Positions 10,284-20,387 of a stretch of 64,000 nucleotides of DNA are shown here, one piece after another (within the stretch, counting starts at the first letter, position 1; every line of letters begins with the position of its first letter). Made by a program: the position numbers and the translations under genes. The stretch lies in assembly GCA_965226885.1 (NCBI GenBank), contig CBDDEL010000010.1, positions 192,001 through 256,000 on the forward strand, read 5' to 3'. The notes under the pieces are model-generated. The model was not told where the DNA came from. It did no database searches and saw only the letters and a list, made by a program, of their open reading frames with translations. This stretch comes from Opitutales bacterium (GTDB lineage Bacteria; Verrucomicrobiota; Verrucomicrobiia; Opitutales; UBA2987).

Positions 10284-11889
10284 GGTAGTGTATAAAAAAA
10301 GAATGTTATTTTGTATTTTTAGCTGTACAAATAGCGCTAGGCAGTTTATTCTTAGTGCATGGTTACTAAAATTATTAATTGTCGGCACTGTGGAAGTGAA
10401 AATATCATTAAATTTGGCAAGACGCCCAACCATAAACAGCGCTACCGCTGCCATGATTGTGGTAAACAAAGCCGCGAAAACCCCACAGTGAAATACACCG
10501 AAGAGCAAAAAGAAATGGGTAGTGTTAACATTTTGAATGTTTAAGCTGTACTTTTTAGCGTGATTATGTTGTGAACTGGGAATGGTCCATATCACAGTAA
10601 AATGTCCTCAATGCGGAAGCGATCACATCATCAAGCACGGCAAGGATCCGAAAGGGGTTCAGAAGTATCGATGCAAGGGGTGTGGTTATCAGTTTCGGCT
10701 TCACCCCAAAAGTCGTGAGCATCCTCCGGCGCTGGTCAAGCAGGTGCTCCGTGCGCACCAAAACCGGATGAGCCTGCGTGCCATTTACCGTACCTTCGGG
10801 GTAGCCCCAAAGACGGTCATCGAATGGATTAAAAAAAAGTCCTGAGTTTGCCGAAGCTGGAGTCCACTCTGCTTGCCCGCCAGTGTAGTGATGTGCTGGA
10901 ACTGGACGAGGTGTGGTCATTCTGGGGCGATAAGCGTTCGGGGCAGGTATGGCTATGGGTAGCCTTGTGTCGACGTACCCGACAGGTCGTCGGGTTTTCT
11001 CTGGGTGATCGTAGCGATCAAACGTGCTGGCAGTTGTATCACAACATCGCCCAGCCCTATCGCGACTGTGCCACCGTAAGCGATTACTGGGAAAGCTACG
11101 ACAAGGTTTTCCCTCACAACAGCGCCAGCGGGAAACAATCCGGCCAAACCGCCCATATCGAACGCTGGAACAATACCTTGCGACAGTCCCTGTCACGCTA
11201 TGTGCGTAAAACGCTGTCATTCTCGAAGTCTTTGATCATGCATTTTCGCGTCCTGTGCTTGTTCATCTGGGAATACAACAGCAATATCAAACATTCGTCA
11301 TGTTAACACTACCAAGAAATGATCCTTCGAGTCTATCAGGAACGCAGCAGTCTACGCGGTTTACAGCGCGCCTTCGGGGTGAGTCCCAACACCGTTTTGA
11401 GTTGGTTAAAAAAAACGACAATCGCTGCGACCGCTCAAAAGCACGATTCTTGCGGCCCGCCGCCATGATGTCATTGAACTGGACGAACTGTGGTCTTTTG
11501 TGGGGCGCAAGAGCGATGCCCAATGGGTTTGGATCGCTCTTTGCCGACGCACCCGTCAAATCCTCTCCTATGCCATTGGGCCTCGGGATTGGTATCGTTG
11601 CCGGGAACTTTACGAGCGTCTGCCACGGGCCTACAAAAGATGTGCCACCTACAGCGACTTTTGGAGCACTTATGATGAAGTCTTTCCTCATAACCGATCC
11701 GTGGGAAAAGAAACCGGTGAAACGGCCCATGTGGAACGATGGAACAATACCCTGCGCCAACGACTGGGTCGTTTCACACGCAAAACCCTCTCCTTTTCCA
11801 AGCTTAAGAGTATGCATGAAACCTGTCTGAGACTTTTCATTCATCAATATAATCAAGAATTAGCCACCATTCCTACTTAATACACTACC
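10284..11889 (+). mobile_element. IS1-family type B (802 bp), interrupted in insA by a type A copy
   Basis: Ends GGTAGTGTAT... / ...TACACTACC. 8-bp target duplication AAAAATAT (10276-10283, 11890-11897). Confidence 0.95.
10518..11313 (+). mobile_element. IS1-family type A, complete (796 bp); insA 10582..10845, insB to 11306
   Basis: IRs GGTAGTGTTAACAT. 8-bp duplication AAGAAATG (10510-10517, 11314-11321). InsB motifs ELDEVWSF, SDYWESY, HIERWNNTLR. A8 tract at the junction with insB in the -1 frame. Confidence 0.96.
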
Positions 11890-12063
11890 AAAAATATTAT
11901 GTGCCGAATTTGAAAGACGCCTCCGCCATTCAGCAAGGCAAAATCGGTTTTTGGGGATAAGTATCCGCCAACGTTTGCCGGGCGCAGGAAATTCATTGCC
12001 CTTTCCCGTCATTTCGGAGACACTGCGGGACAAGTTTCTTTCGGATTAAATCGCTGCCTGCTT

Positions 12064-13284
12064 ATGGATATTAACGCTCTCATTCACGGATTCGGCTCCA
12101 TCGGGATGTTCAACTCGCGGGCTTTCCTGCCTGCTTTTGTCACGGCGGTGTCGCTGCGCTATGGCTCCTCCTTTCCCATCATCGGCAATCTCGACCTGCT
12201 TCAGGCCACCGGGGCCGAGCCCACCTGGTTCACCCACAACGGAACCATCGGGGCGCTGGCGCTGCTGGCCCTGGTGGAGGCCTCGGCCGATAAAATGCCG
12301 GAGGCCAAACCGGTTCTCCAAGGGGTCGACAAATACTCCAAAACGGTCCTCGCCGGGCTGACCTACATGGGAGTGGTCAATGCGGTCGATGTCCAGTTTA
12401 TTGACGATACGCTGGCCTACGCCCATGCCAATGCCGGAATATTCGACACCCTCCCCGCAATGCTGGTGGCGGCTGGCACTTTCCTGACCACTTCCCTGCG
12501 CAACGGCGTCCATGAAATCATCGCTACGGTCGACGAGGATGACGACCTGGGCCTCCAAAACCTGATCAGTTGGGCGGGCGATTTATGGGCCGGGTTCGGC
12601 ATCCTGCTGCTGCTGGCCTTTCCCATCTTGATGCTCCTGGTAACGGGCGGCGCCATCGGGCTGCTCTGGCTGGTCAAAAAATATTTCCTTTACCGCGAGG
12701 AAAAATCGAAGGCCGGGTGCGCCTCCTGCGGCGAACCCATTTACCGCCATGCCCTGGCCTGCCCAAAATGTTCCACCAAGGTGGATAAACCATCCAAAGT
12801 GGGTGTCTTCGGACAATCGAAAAAACAACCCGCTACCAACCTCGAAGTCCAACCCTACCGACTGGCGGCCAAGAAACGCTGCCCCGTCTGCGCCACCCGC
12901 CTGACCGAGCGAACCGTCAAGCAAACCTGCCAAGCCTGCGGCCACCCGTTCATGGAAGACAAAGAGTTCGCTGAAAAATACGCCAGCCGCATCACACGGC
13001 GCTTACCCGGGGTCCTCGTCATAACGGCCCTCCTCAGCCTCATCCCGGTGCTCGGGTTGGTGCCCGGCATCATCTACTACCGGCTGCGCCTGGTGGCTCC
13101 CTTCCGCCAATACATCCCCCGAGGGCGCACCCTCATCCTCAAATGGATGATCCGCCTATTCTTCTTCATCCTCATCGCCCTGCAATGGATCCCCGGCCTC
13201 GGAGGAATAGTAGTCCCCCTCATGGCCCTAACCAGCTACACCGCCTTCAAAAACCAATTCCGCAAATTGGCGGGTATTGGGTGA
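12064..13284 (+). CDS. Membrane protein with DUF4126-like N-terminus and double zinc-ribbon region
   Basis: N-terminal TMs with EASADKMP motif; four CxxC pairs (CASC, CPKC, CPVC, CQAC); C-terminal TMs. Confidence 0.65.
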   Translation: MDINALIHGFGSIGMFNSRAFLPAFVTAVSLRYGSSFPIIGNLDLLQATGAEPTWFTHNGTIGALALLALVEASADKMPEAKPVLQGVDKYSKTVLAGLTYMGVVNAVDVQFIDDTLAYAHANAGIFDTLPAMLVAAGTFLTTSLRNGVHEIIATVDEDDDLGLQNLISWAGDLWAGFGILLLLAFPILMLLVTGGAIGLLWLVKKYFLYREEKSKAGCASCGEPIYRHALACPKCSTKVDKPSKVGVFGQSKKQPATNLEVQPYRLAAKKRCPVCATRLTERTVKQTCQACGHPFMEDKEFAEKYASRITRRLPGVLVITALLSLIPVLGLVPGIIYYRLRLVAPFRQYIPRGRTLILKWMIRLFFFILIALQWIPGLGGIVVPLMALTSYTAFKNQFRKLAGIG

Positions 13285-13465
13285 ACTTGTATTGAAATCC
13301 CCAACGAATGCCGTAAGTTTAGATTAGTTTTGCCTAATTTAATCTAGTTCGGAATACCTGGATGAGGCAGAATGACAACTCGCCTGCTTTCGGTCGTGTT
13401 TTCAAATGTGTGCTTGCCGGTTTAACGTGGGAATCGGGGATTTTTTAAAGATAAATCCCTACCCA

Positions 13466-14188
13466 TTAAGGCACTAGCTGCTTTCGGATTCGCAGGAGGT
13501 CTTCTACGTGCTGGCCGGAAATGGATTTGAGGTTGGGTGTAATTTGTAAAGCCACTTGCACGGTTTTGCAATAGGCCTCGATGTTTTCCATTTTCCAGTA
13601 GGCGTCCTCCATATCTTTGCCCCAGGTGATGACTCCGTGGTTGATCATGAGGATGGCCGAATGGTCTTTGCCCACCCGCCCGACCTCCTCGGCGTTTTCG
13701 GGGCTGCCGGGGGTGCGGTATTGGGAAAGCCCGATCTCGCCCAAAAAAATCTCCGCCTCCGGGGTCAGATTGCGTGGCGGAGTTTTGCCCGCCAGGGCAT
13801 AGGCCGTGGCATAGGGCGGGTGGGCATGGCAGCAGGCTAGCGCTTTGGGCTGCCGCTTCATAATCCCGATATGGGTAAGCGCTTCGCTCGTGCGCGGTCG
13901 GCGACCGGCCAATTGCTTGCCCTCCAGATCGATGAGGCACATATCTTCCGGTTGCATAAAACCTTTGGAAATCAGCGTCGGGGTGCACAAAACGAGGTTT
14001 TCATCGACTCGAATGGTCAAATTGCCTCCGTTGCCGTCGGTGAATTCACGCTGCCACATCCTGCGCCCGATATCGCAGAGGCGCTCCTTCAATTCCTCCA
14101 TGTCGGGAGAAACAAACAAGTCCTCGACGCTTTGGCCAGTGGGATCATTTTTTGCCGTTAGTTTACGATGTTTATTATCGTTGCTCAT
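13466..14188 (-). CDS. Class II aldolase/adducin family protein (fuculose/rhamnulose-1-P aldolase-like)
   Basis: GGNLT, TPT, RTSE, HAHP and NHG zinc-binding motifs. Confidence 0.9.
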   Translation of the reverse strand: MSNDNKHRKLTAKNDPTGQSVEDLFVSPDMEELKERLCDIGRRMWQREFTDGNGGNLTIRVDENLVLCTPTLISKGFMQPEDMCLIDLEGKQLAGRRPRTSEALTHIGIMKRQPKALACCHAHPPYATAYALAGKTPPRNLTPEAEIFLGEIGLSQYRTPGSPENAEEVGRVGKDHSAILMINHGVITWGKDMEDAYWKMENIEAYCKTVQVALQITPNLKSISGQHVEDLLRIRKQLVP

Positions 14189-14199
14189 ATTTTATCTTT

Positions 14200-15705
14200 C
14201 TAAATTTTCAGAATATTTTTAAAACGCTCATAGGGTTCATTCCAAGCCTTATGGTTGACGGGCTCAAATCTTTCCAGCGGAAACGACCTTCCAATCAGGG
14301 CGCGCCCCTGGCCGAGATCGGAACACTTGCCGCAAGCGATCAATTGCATCAGAATATTCCCCAGTGAAGTCGCCTCCACCGGCCCGGCCAGCACGGTGAT
14401 TCCCGCGGCGTCCGCCGTCATCTGGTTGAGAAGCCGATTTTGCGAGCCGCCCCCGACAATGTGCAGGGTATCGAGTTTGCCATCGTAAATTTCCTTCAAC
14501 CGCTCAAGGGCAAAGCGGTATTTCATGGCCAGACCCTCGAAAATCGTTCGCGCCAGAGAGCCTTTGCTTACCGGCGGAACCTGGCCCGTCTTTTCGCAGT
14601 ATTGCCGGATCTTTTCAGGCATGTCTCCGGGATTGGCAAACTCGCTGAAGTCGGAATCGATGAGAGCGGTGAAGGGCGGCGCTTCAGCGGCCAGTTCAAC
14701 CAGTTTGGCGTAGTCGAGGTCCTCCCCCTCCTCGCTCCAATGCCGGCGGCACTCCTGGATTATCCACAATCCTGCAATACTGGTGAGAACCCGCAAGGTT
14801 CCGAAAACGCCTCCTTCGTTGGTGAAATTATAATCAAAACTCATATCCGAAATAATCGGCCGGTCGCATTCCACCCCGAGCAGGGACCAAGTCCCTGAAC
14901 TGAGATAGGCCCAGGAATTTCCTTCCGCCGGAATGGCAGCGATAGCCGAGCCGGTGTCGTGCGCGGCGACGGCGATTACACGGACACCCCGCAGACCGGT
15001 TCTGGAAGCGATATCCTTTTTCAATAAACCCAGATAAGTCCCCGGAGGCGTCGGATCGGAGAATAATCTTGTAGGAATTCCCAGCCGTGACATGAGGTTG
15101 AAATCCCATTTGCCGCTCCGGACCTCCATACACTGGCTGGTGCTCGCGATGGTGAACTCATTGCCAAATTTGCCGCTCAGCCAATAGTTGATCAGGTCGG
15201 GGATGAAAAGCAGTTTGGCCGCCCGCCCCAGTTCAGATTTGGGTGACTCTTTCTCGGCCATTAACTGAAAAAGGGTGTTGAAAGGCAAAAACTGTATCCC
15301 GGTAGCCTCATAAATATCCTTTTTGGGCACGATCTGAAAGACCCGTTCCATAACGCCAGCGGTACGTTCGTCCCGATAAGCCACCGGTGCGCCCAGCAGG
15401 GTGCCCGCCTCATCGACCAATCCGTAATCCACACCCCACGCATCGACTCCCAGGCTGTGGATTTTTGCCCCATAACGATTGCCGGCTTTTTTCAAACCTG
15501 CGCAAATACCCTCGAACAGGCCCTCGATATCCCACCGCAAATGCCCGGAATCCCGTCGGGCCACATTGGGAAAGCGATGCACCTCTTCCAGCCGGAGGCG
15601 ATCCTCCTCATAAAGACCCGCCACCACGCGGCCGCTCTCGGCCCCCAGGTCAACGGCAAGATAGCAAGTTTCCTCTCCGCCCATGCTTTCTTTCCCCATT
15701 ACCAA
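14200..15705 (-). CDS. rhaB: Rhamnulokinase-family (FGGY) sugar kinase
   Basis: LAVDLGAESGR, GVDAWGVDY, HDTGSA, YLSSGTWSL, FTNEGG and IVGGGSQN motifs. Exact start uncertain (15705 or 15684). Confidence 0.88.
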   Translation of the reverse strand: MVMGKESMGGEETCYLAVDLGAESGRVVAGLYEEDRLRLEEVHRFPNVARRDSGHLRWDIEGLFEGICAGLKKAGNRYGAKIHSLGVDAWGVDYGLVDEAGTLLGAPVAYRDERTAGVMERVFQIVPKKDIYEATGIQFLPFNTLFQLMAEKESPKSELGRAAKLLFIPDLINYWLSGKFGNEFTIASTSQCMEVRSGKWDFNLMSRLGIPTRLFSDPTPPGTYLGLLKKDIASRTGLRGVRVIAVAAHDTGSAIAAIPAEGNSWAYLSSGTWSLLGVECDRPIISDMSFDYNFTNEGGVFGTLRVLTSIAGLWIIQECRRHWSEEGEDLDYAKLVELAAEAPPFTALIDSDFSEFANPGDMPEKIRQYCEKTGQVPPVSKGSLARTIFEGLAMKYRFALERLKEIYDGKLDTLHIVGGGSQNRLLNQMTADAAGITVLAGPVEATSLGNILMQLIACGKCSDLGQGRALIGRSFPLERFEPVNHKAWNEPYERFKNILKI

Positions 15706-16469
15706 CAGGTAAAACCTCCATCAATGACGAGATCGTGTCCCGTGATATAGTTGGCCGCCGGAGATGCCAAAAAGACCACTGCTCCGCAAATTTCTTCGAC
15801 ATTGGCCAAACGTCCCATAGGTGTATCGCGATTCCAAAGGTCGTGAAATTCTTTCACCTTCAAGGTCATTTCAGTTCCCGTATAACCGGGACTGATGGAA
15901 TTTACGTTGATGCCACGGGAAGCCCATTCGGCAGCCAAAGATTTGGTTAATTGGATCACTCCGGCCTTGGCAGAATTATATGCGCACTGGCATTGGGGAC
16001 GATTCACGATCTGCCCAGACATTGAGGCGGTATTGATAATCCTCCCACCCCGGCCTCCTTTAATCATTGCCCTTCCAGCCGCCCGGGCGCAGTAAAAAAC
16101 GGCATTAAGATCGACGGTGATGACATCCAGCCACTGCTGGTCGGTCATCTCCTCCGCCTCGGCATTAATACAAATGCCCGCATTATTGAAAGCGATGTCA
16201 AGCTTGCCGAACCTCTCCACGACTTCAGCGACCATCGCGTTCACGCTGGCGGAATCTGTTACATCACACTCAATGAAATGCGATCTACGGCCCAGCGCCT
16301 CAATCTGCCTGGTCGTTTTTTTGGCCGTTTCTCCAACCATATCCACCGCCGCGACATCCGCCCCCGCCTCGGCCAGAGCGAGGGCGCAAGCTTTTCCGAT
16401 GCCGCGGCCCGCGCCAGTCACGAAAGCAGATTTGTTCTCCAGTTTGAAGCTATCCAGGATTGTTGGCAT
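15699..16469 (-). CDS. SDR family NAD(P)-dependent oxidoreductase (sugar/polyol dehydrogenase-like)
   Basis: TGAGRGIG, NNAG and YNSAK catalytic motif. Confidence 0.92.
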   Translation of the reverse strand: MPTILDSFKLENKSAFVTGAGRGIGKACALALAEAGADVAAVDMVGETAKKTTRQIEALGRRSHFIECDVTDSASVNAMVAEVVERFGKLDIAFNNAGICINAEAEEMTDQQWLDVITVDLNAVFYCARAAGRAMIKGGRGGRIINTASMSGQIVNRPQCQCAYNSAKAGVIQLTKSLAAEWASRGINVNSISPGYTGTEMTLKVKEFHDLWNRDTPMGRLANVEEICGAVVFLASPAANYITGHDLVIDGGFTCW

Positions 16470-16717
16470 ATTTGCAATGTTGGTTCAGTTTTCATCAGAT
16501 TACAAGTTCCGGGATGAATTCCGTTAGAAAACTTCTGGGGCCATTATTGAGGCCTGTCGGGAAATTGCTCTGGCGCAGAGCCGAAACTTGACGCCTGGAA
16601 TCGATTGGCGTACTTTTGGCAACGGTCTTTGCAAGGCGTTGAGAGGAAATCCGTTGCCCTGCTGTTGATTTAAATGCATTATTTGAAATGAACAGTCGTA
16701 TTCGATAAATACTCGCT

Positions 16718-18082
16718 ATGAAAAAATTTACCCGGCGAAAATTCGTCAAGAAAACGGCTGCGGCAGCCGCCGGTGTTTACATCTTGCCGCGGTTTAGCAT
16801 CGGGCAGGAAGGCCCGCCGCCCGGCAGCAAGCTGAATATCGCTTTCATCGGCGCGGGAGGCCGTGGAAAAGCAAATTGGGAAGGGTTGGCCGACGAAAAT
16901 ATTGTGGCTCTTTGCGATGTTGAAGCCACCCGCCTCAACAAAGCATTGGAGGAAAATCCTGAGGCAAAGGGTTTTCAGGACTTTCGGGTCATGCTGGACA
17001 AAATGGGCAGCCAGATCGACGCCGTGGTGGTGGCGACACCCGACCACATGCATTTTGCCGCCACCATGGAGGCGATGCAGCGAGGCAAACATGTATTTGT
17101 GGAAAAACCCCTGGCCCATAACATCTGGCAGTGCCGCACGCTCAAAAAAGCGGCCCGCCATTACAATGTCATAACGGCTTTGGGAAACCAGGGGCATGTC
17201 ACCGAAGGCATTCGCCTGGTCAAAGAGTGGGTCGATGCCGGCGTATTGGGCGATGTGACGGAAGTTTTGGCCTGGTTCGATGGTCCGGAGTTTGGCGAGG
17301 GGAAATATTTTCAAAAACCCGACAGTTATCCTCCGGCTGAGGAAGAGGTTCCACAAGGACTGGACTGGGATCTCTGGCTCGGCCCGGCCCGTTGGCGGCC
17401 CTACAGCCAATTTTACCTGCCTCGTCTCTGGCGCGGGTGGTATGATTTCGGATGCGGTGAATTGGGCGACTGGGCCTGCCATACCTTAGACGCTCCTTTC
17501 TGGTCGCTCGATCTGGGCATGCCGACTGAAGTCAAAGCAACGAGGCGTTCGCGCTCCAAGAAAGGATTCGTCCCGGACCGTTCCGTCATTCGCTATAGAT
17601 TCCTGGCTAGGGGCGACAAGCCGCCGGTTACCTTGAAATGGTATGAGGGCGGCCTCAAGCCGCGCCCTCGATCCAAATGGGGAATGAAAGAACTGCCTGG
17701 GTCCGGCATGATCATGGTTGGAGACAAGCTATCCCTCATGACCGGGGGACGCCCCAATAGCCCCAAACTGCTGCCGGAAAAAGTCTGGGAGGAATTCCGT
17801 AAAAATCCACCACCGGAGACGATTCCGCGCATCAAAGGATCCCACTGGACAGAATGGGCCCAAGCAGTCAAGGGCGAAGGCCTGATGCCTTTGTCCGCAT
17901 TTGATTATGGAGCCGAATTAACGGAAATGGCATTGGTCGGCGTGCTGGCCCAACGCTTCGAAACCCTCATCGAATACGACGCCCAGAACATGCGCGTGAT
18001 CAATCATCCCGAATTCGATGCCTATCTAAAAGAGCCCGTTCGCAAGGGCTGGGAATACGGTGAGGAAGTATGGAAAGCTTAG
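16718..18082 (+). CDS. Gfo/Idh/MocA oxidoreductase with Tat signal
   Basis: TRRKFVK twin-arginine signal; IGAGGRG, ATPDHMH and VEKPLA motifs. Confidence 0.92.
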   Translation: MKKFTRRKFVKKTAAAAAGVYILPRFSIGQEGPPPGSKLNIAFIGAGGRGKANWEGLADENIVALCDVEATRLNKALEENPEAKGFQDFRVMLDKMGSQIDAVVVATPDHMHFAATMEAMQRGKHVFVEKPLAHNIWQCRTLKKAARHYNVITALGNQGHVTEGIRLVKEWVDAGVLGDVTEVLAWFDGPEFGEGKYFQKPDSYPPAEEEVPQGLDWDLWLGPARWRPYSQFYLPRLWRGWYDFGCGELGDWACHTLDAPFWSLDLGMPTEVKATRRSRSKKGFVPDRSVIRYRFLARGDKPPVTLKWYEGGLKPRPRSKWGMKELPGSGMIMVGDKLSLMTGGRPNSPKLLPEKVWEEFRKNPPPETIPRIKGSHWTEWAQAVKGEGLMPLSAFDYGAELTEMALVGVLAQRFETLIEYDAQNMRVINHPEFDAYLKEPVRKGWEYGEEVWKA

Positions 18083-18148
18083 CAATTTACGAATAAACGT
18101 CTCCGTTATAATGAACAGGAAATTTCACTCGAATATGCCAGCCGCCTC

Positions 18149-19057
18149 ATGACGAAAATTCGCCGAATCATCCTCATTGCAGCTTCTTTCTTGACTGGTC
18201 TTCTTTTGGCCGCTGCGGATGAGGAAAAGATCAAGGTGTTGCTCATTGACGGGCAGAACAATCACCAATGGGGGCATACAACACCGGCGCTGGTGGATGC
18301 ATTGGAGTCGACTGGAGTGTTTGCGGTCGAAGTATCGACAACCCCTCCCGCGACCCCGCAATCTTCAACAGACCCTGCCAAATGGTCCGGTTGGAATCCC
18401 GATTTTTCCTCGTGCGACGTTGTACTGAGCAATTACAATGGAGAACTTTGGCCGGAAAAAGTTCAGGCTAGATTCGAGAAATTCGTTAATAGGGGAGGCG
18501 GATTTGTCTCCGTGCATGCGGCGGACAATGCGTTTACCGATTGGGTTGAATACAACAAAATGATTGGCGTCGGTGGATGGGGAGGGCGCGACCTTGAATC
18601 CGGTCCATGGGTTTATGTCGAAAATGGCGAAATGAAGCTGGACACCGCCACTTTCGGTAAAGCTGGCGCTCACGGCAAGCGATGGCAATTTGTAGTGGAA
18701 ATCATCGATGAGAAGCACCCCGTAACCAAAGGGCTGCCCGTGCAATGGAAACACACCGAAGACGAACTTTACAGCCGCCTGCGGGGACCGGCGGAAAACC
18801 TCACCGTACTGGCCGTCGCGCCCTCCAAGCTAACGACCCGAATTGAACCCATGCTGATGGCCATTCGATACGGAAAGGGACGTGTTTTTCACACCACTCT
18901 TGGACACAATGTTGAGGCCATGAACTGTGTCGGATTTGTCACCACCCTTCTGCGGGGAACCGAATGGGCCGCCACCGGGGAAGTGATTCGGACGGCAGCC
19001 GTTCCGAGGAATTTTCCCACCGAAGAGAACGTTTCACAAATACCATGTCTTTATTAG
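18149..19057 (+). CDS. ThuA-like domain secreted protein
   Basis: Signal peptide; DGQNNH, GGGFVSVHAA, DELY and GRVFHTTLGH motifs. Confidence 0.85.
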   Translation: MTKIRRIILIAASFLTGLLLAAADEEKIKVLLIDGQNNHQWGHTTPALVDALESTGVFAVEVSTTPPATPQSSTDPAKWSGWNPDFSSCDVVLSNYNGELWPEKVQARFEKFVNRGGGFVSVHAADNAFTDWVEYNKMIGVGGWGGRDLESGPWVYVENGEMKLDTATFGKAGAHGKRWQFVVEIIDEKHPVTKGLPVQWKHTEDELYSRLRGPAENLTVLAVAPSKLTTRIEPMLMAIRYGKGRVFHTTLGHNVEAMNCVGFVTTLLRGTEWAATGEVIRTAAVPRNFPTEENVSQIPCLY

Positions 19058-20387
19058 ATCGTCCCAACATCGTCCTTATCATAAGCGACCAGCAACGAGC
19101 CGACACCATGCCGGGAATGGCTCTGGGTTCCGGCCGGGGCGCGGGTCATACCCCTCATCTTGACTGGCTGGCCAGTCGCGGCACGGTTTTCAGTCGCGCA
19201 TATTGCACCACCCCGATGTGCTCACCGGCCAGGGCCTCTCTACTCTCCGGGCTTTATCCACACAGCCACGGCATCGTCGCCAACCACCAGGAGCGGCCCA
19301 TTTCCCGCCAGATGAAGCTCGCACCTTCCATAAAGATTCTGGCCGATTACCTCAAGCCCGCTGGCTACGATTGCGCCTATACGGGAAAATGGCACCTCGG
19401 AACGGGTAGCGACCGCCGCGGGTTCGACACCTTTGTGACTCGCTCAGGAGATCACGATATCGACCGGGAAGAAGATAATGAAATTCTTCAATTCACGAGG
19501 AAAACGGGCATCGGCATCGGGGGGAAAATAAACGGTTTGGACAGCGATCCTAACCGTTACGAGGCGAAAACAAAGGTGGGTGCTTCCCTGCTCCCGCTGG
19601 CTTTTCACCCATCGTTCCGGAACGCCTCCGCAGCAGCCGGTTTCGTGCGTTCGAGGCGACAGCAAGATAACCCCTTCTGTCTTGTTTATTCCTGCCACGA
19701 ACCGCATTTGCCGTTTATCTCACCGCGCCCGTTCGATTCCATTATTTTCCCATCTAAAGTTAAGCTGTCGGAAAATCCTCTGGACGCTTCAGCCGCGCGC
19801 TTGATGGCGAAGCGGTCGATGGACTGGCAGCTTAAATCGACCGCCCGCTTCCGGGAAGAGGAAATCCTGTCCATCCGGTCAGCCTATATGGGAGCGGTCG
19901 CCTATGTGGATCATCTTGTGGGCATAATCCTGGAAGCGCTCATTGATACGAACCAGTTTGAGGATACGCTGTTTATTTTTACATCCGATCATGGCGAGAT
20001 GCTGGGCAATCACGGCATGATTGCCAAAGGCGCCGTATTTTATGAGGAATTGATGAACATACCCCTGCTTGTCCACACGCCTGGTAAAGAGGGAAAAGCC
20101 AATCTCTGCCAATCCCTCGTTTCTCATATCGATTTGCTCCCCACCATTCTGCATTGGTGTGGCCTGGAAGTGCCTTCAAACCTGTCCGGCAAGGATTTTC
20201 GGCCCCTGCTCGAAGGAGAGGCCAAAAAGGTGAACAAGGGCATCGCTTTTCAACATTACGCCTCCAATTGGGGGGAGCGGCCGGTTCCGTTGCGCGCTTG
20301 GCTGACCGATCGTTGGAAATACGTCGAGGATACGGAAGGGCCGGTAGAGCTTTACGACCTGGAAAACGACCCGCAGGAAATGACTAA

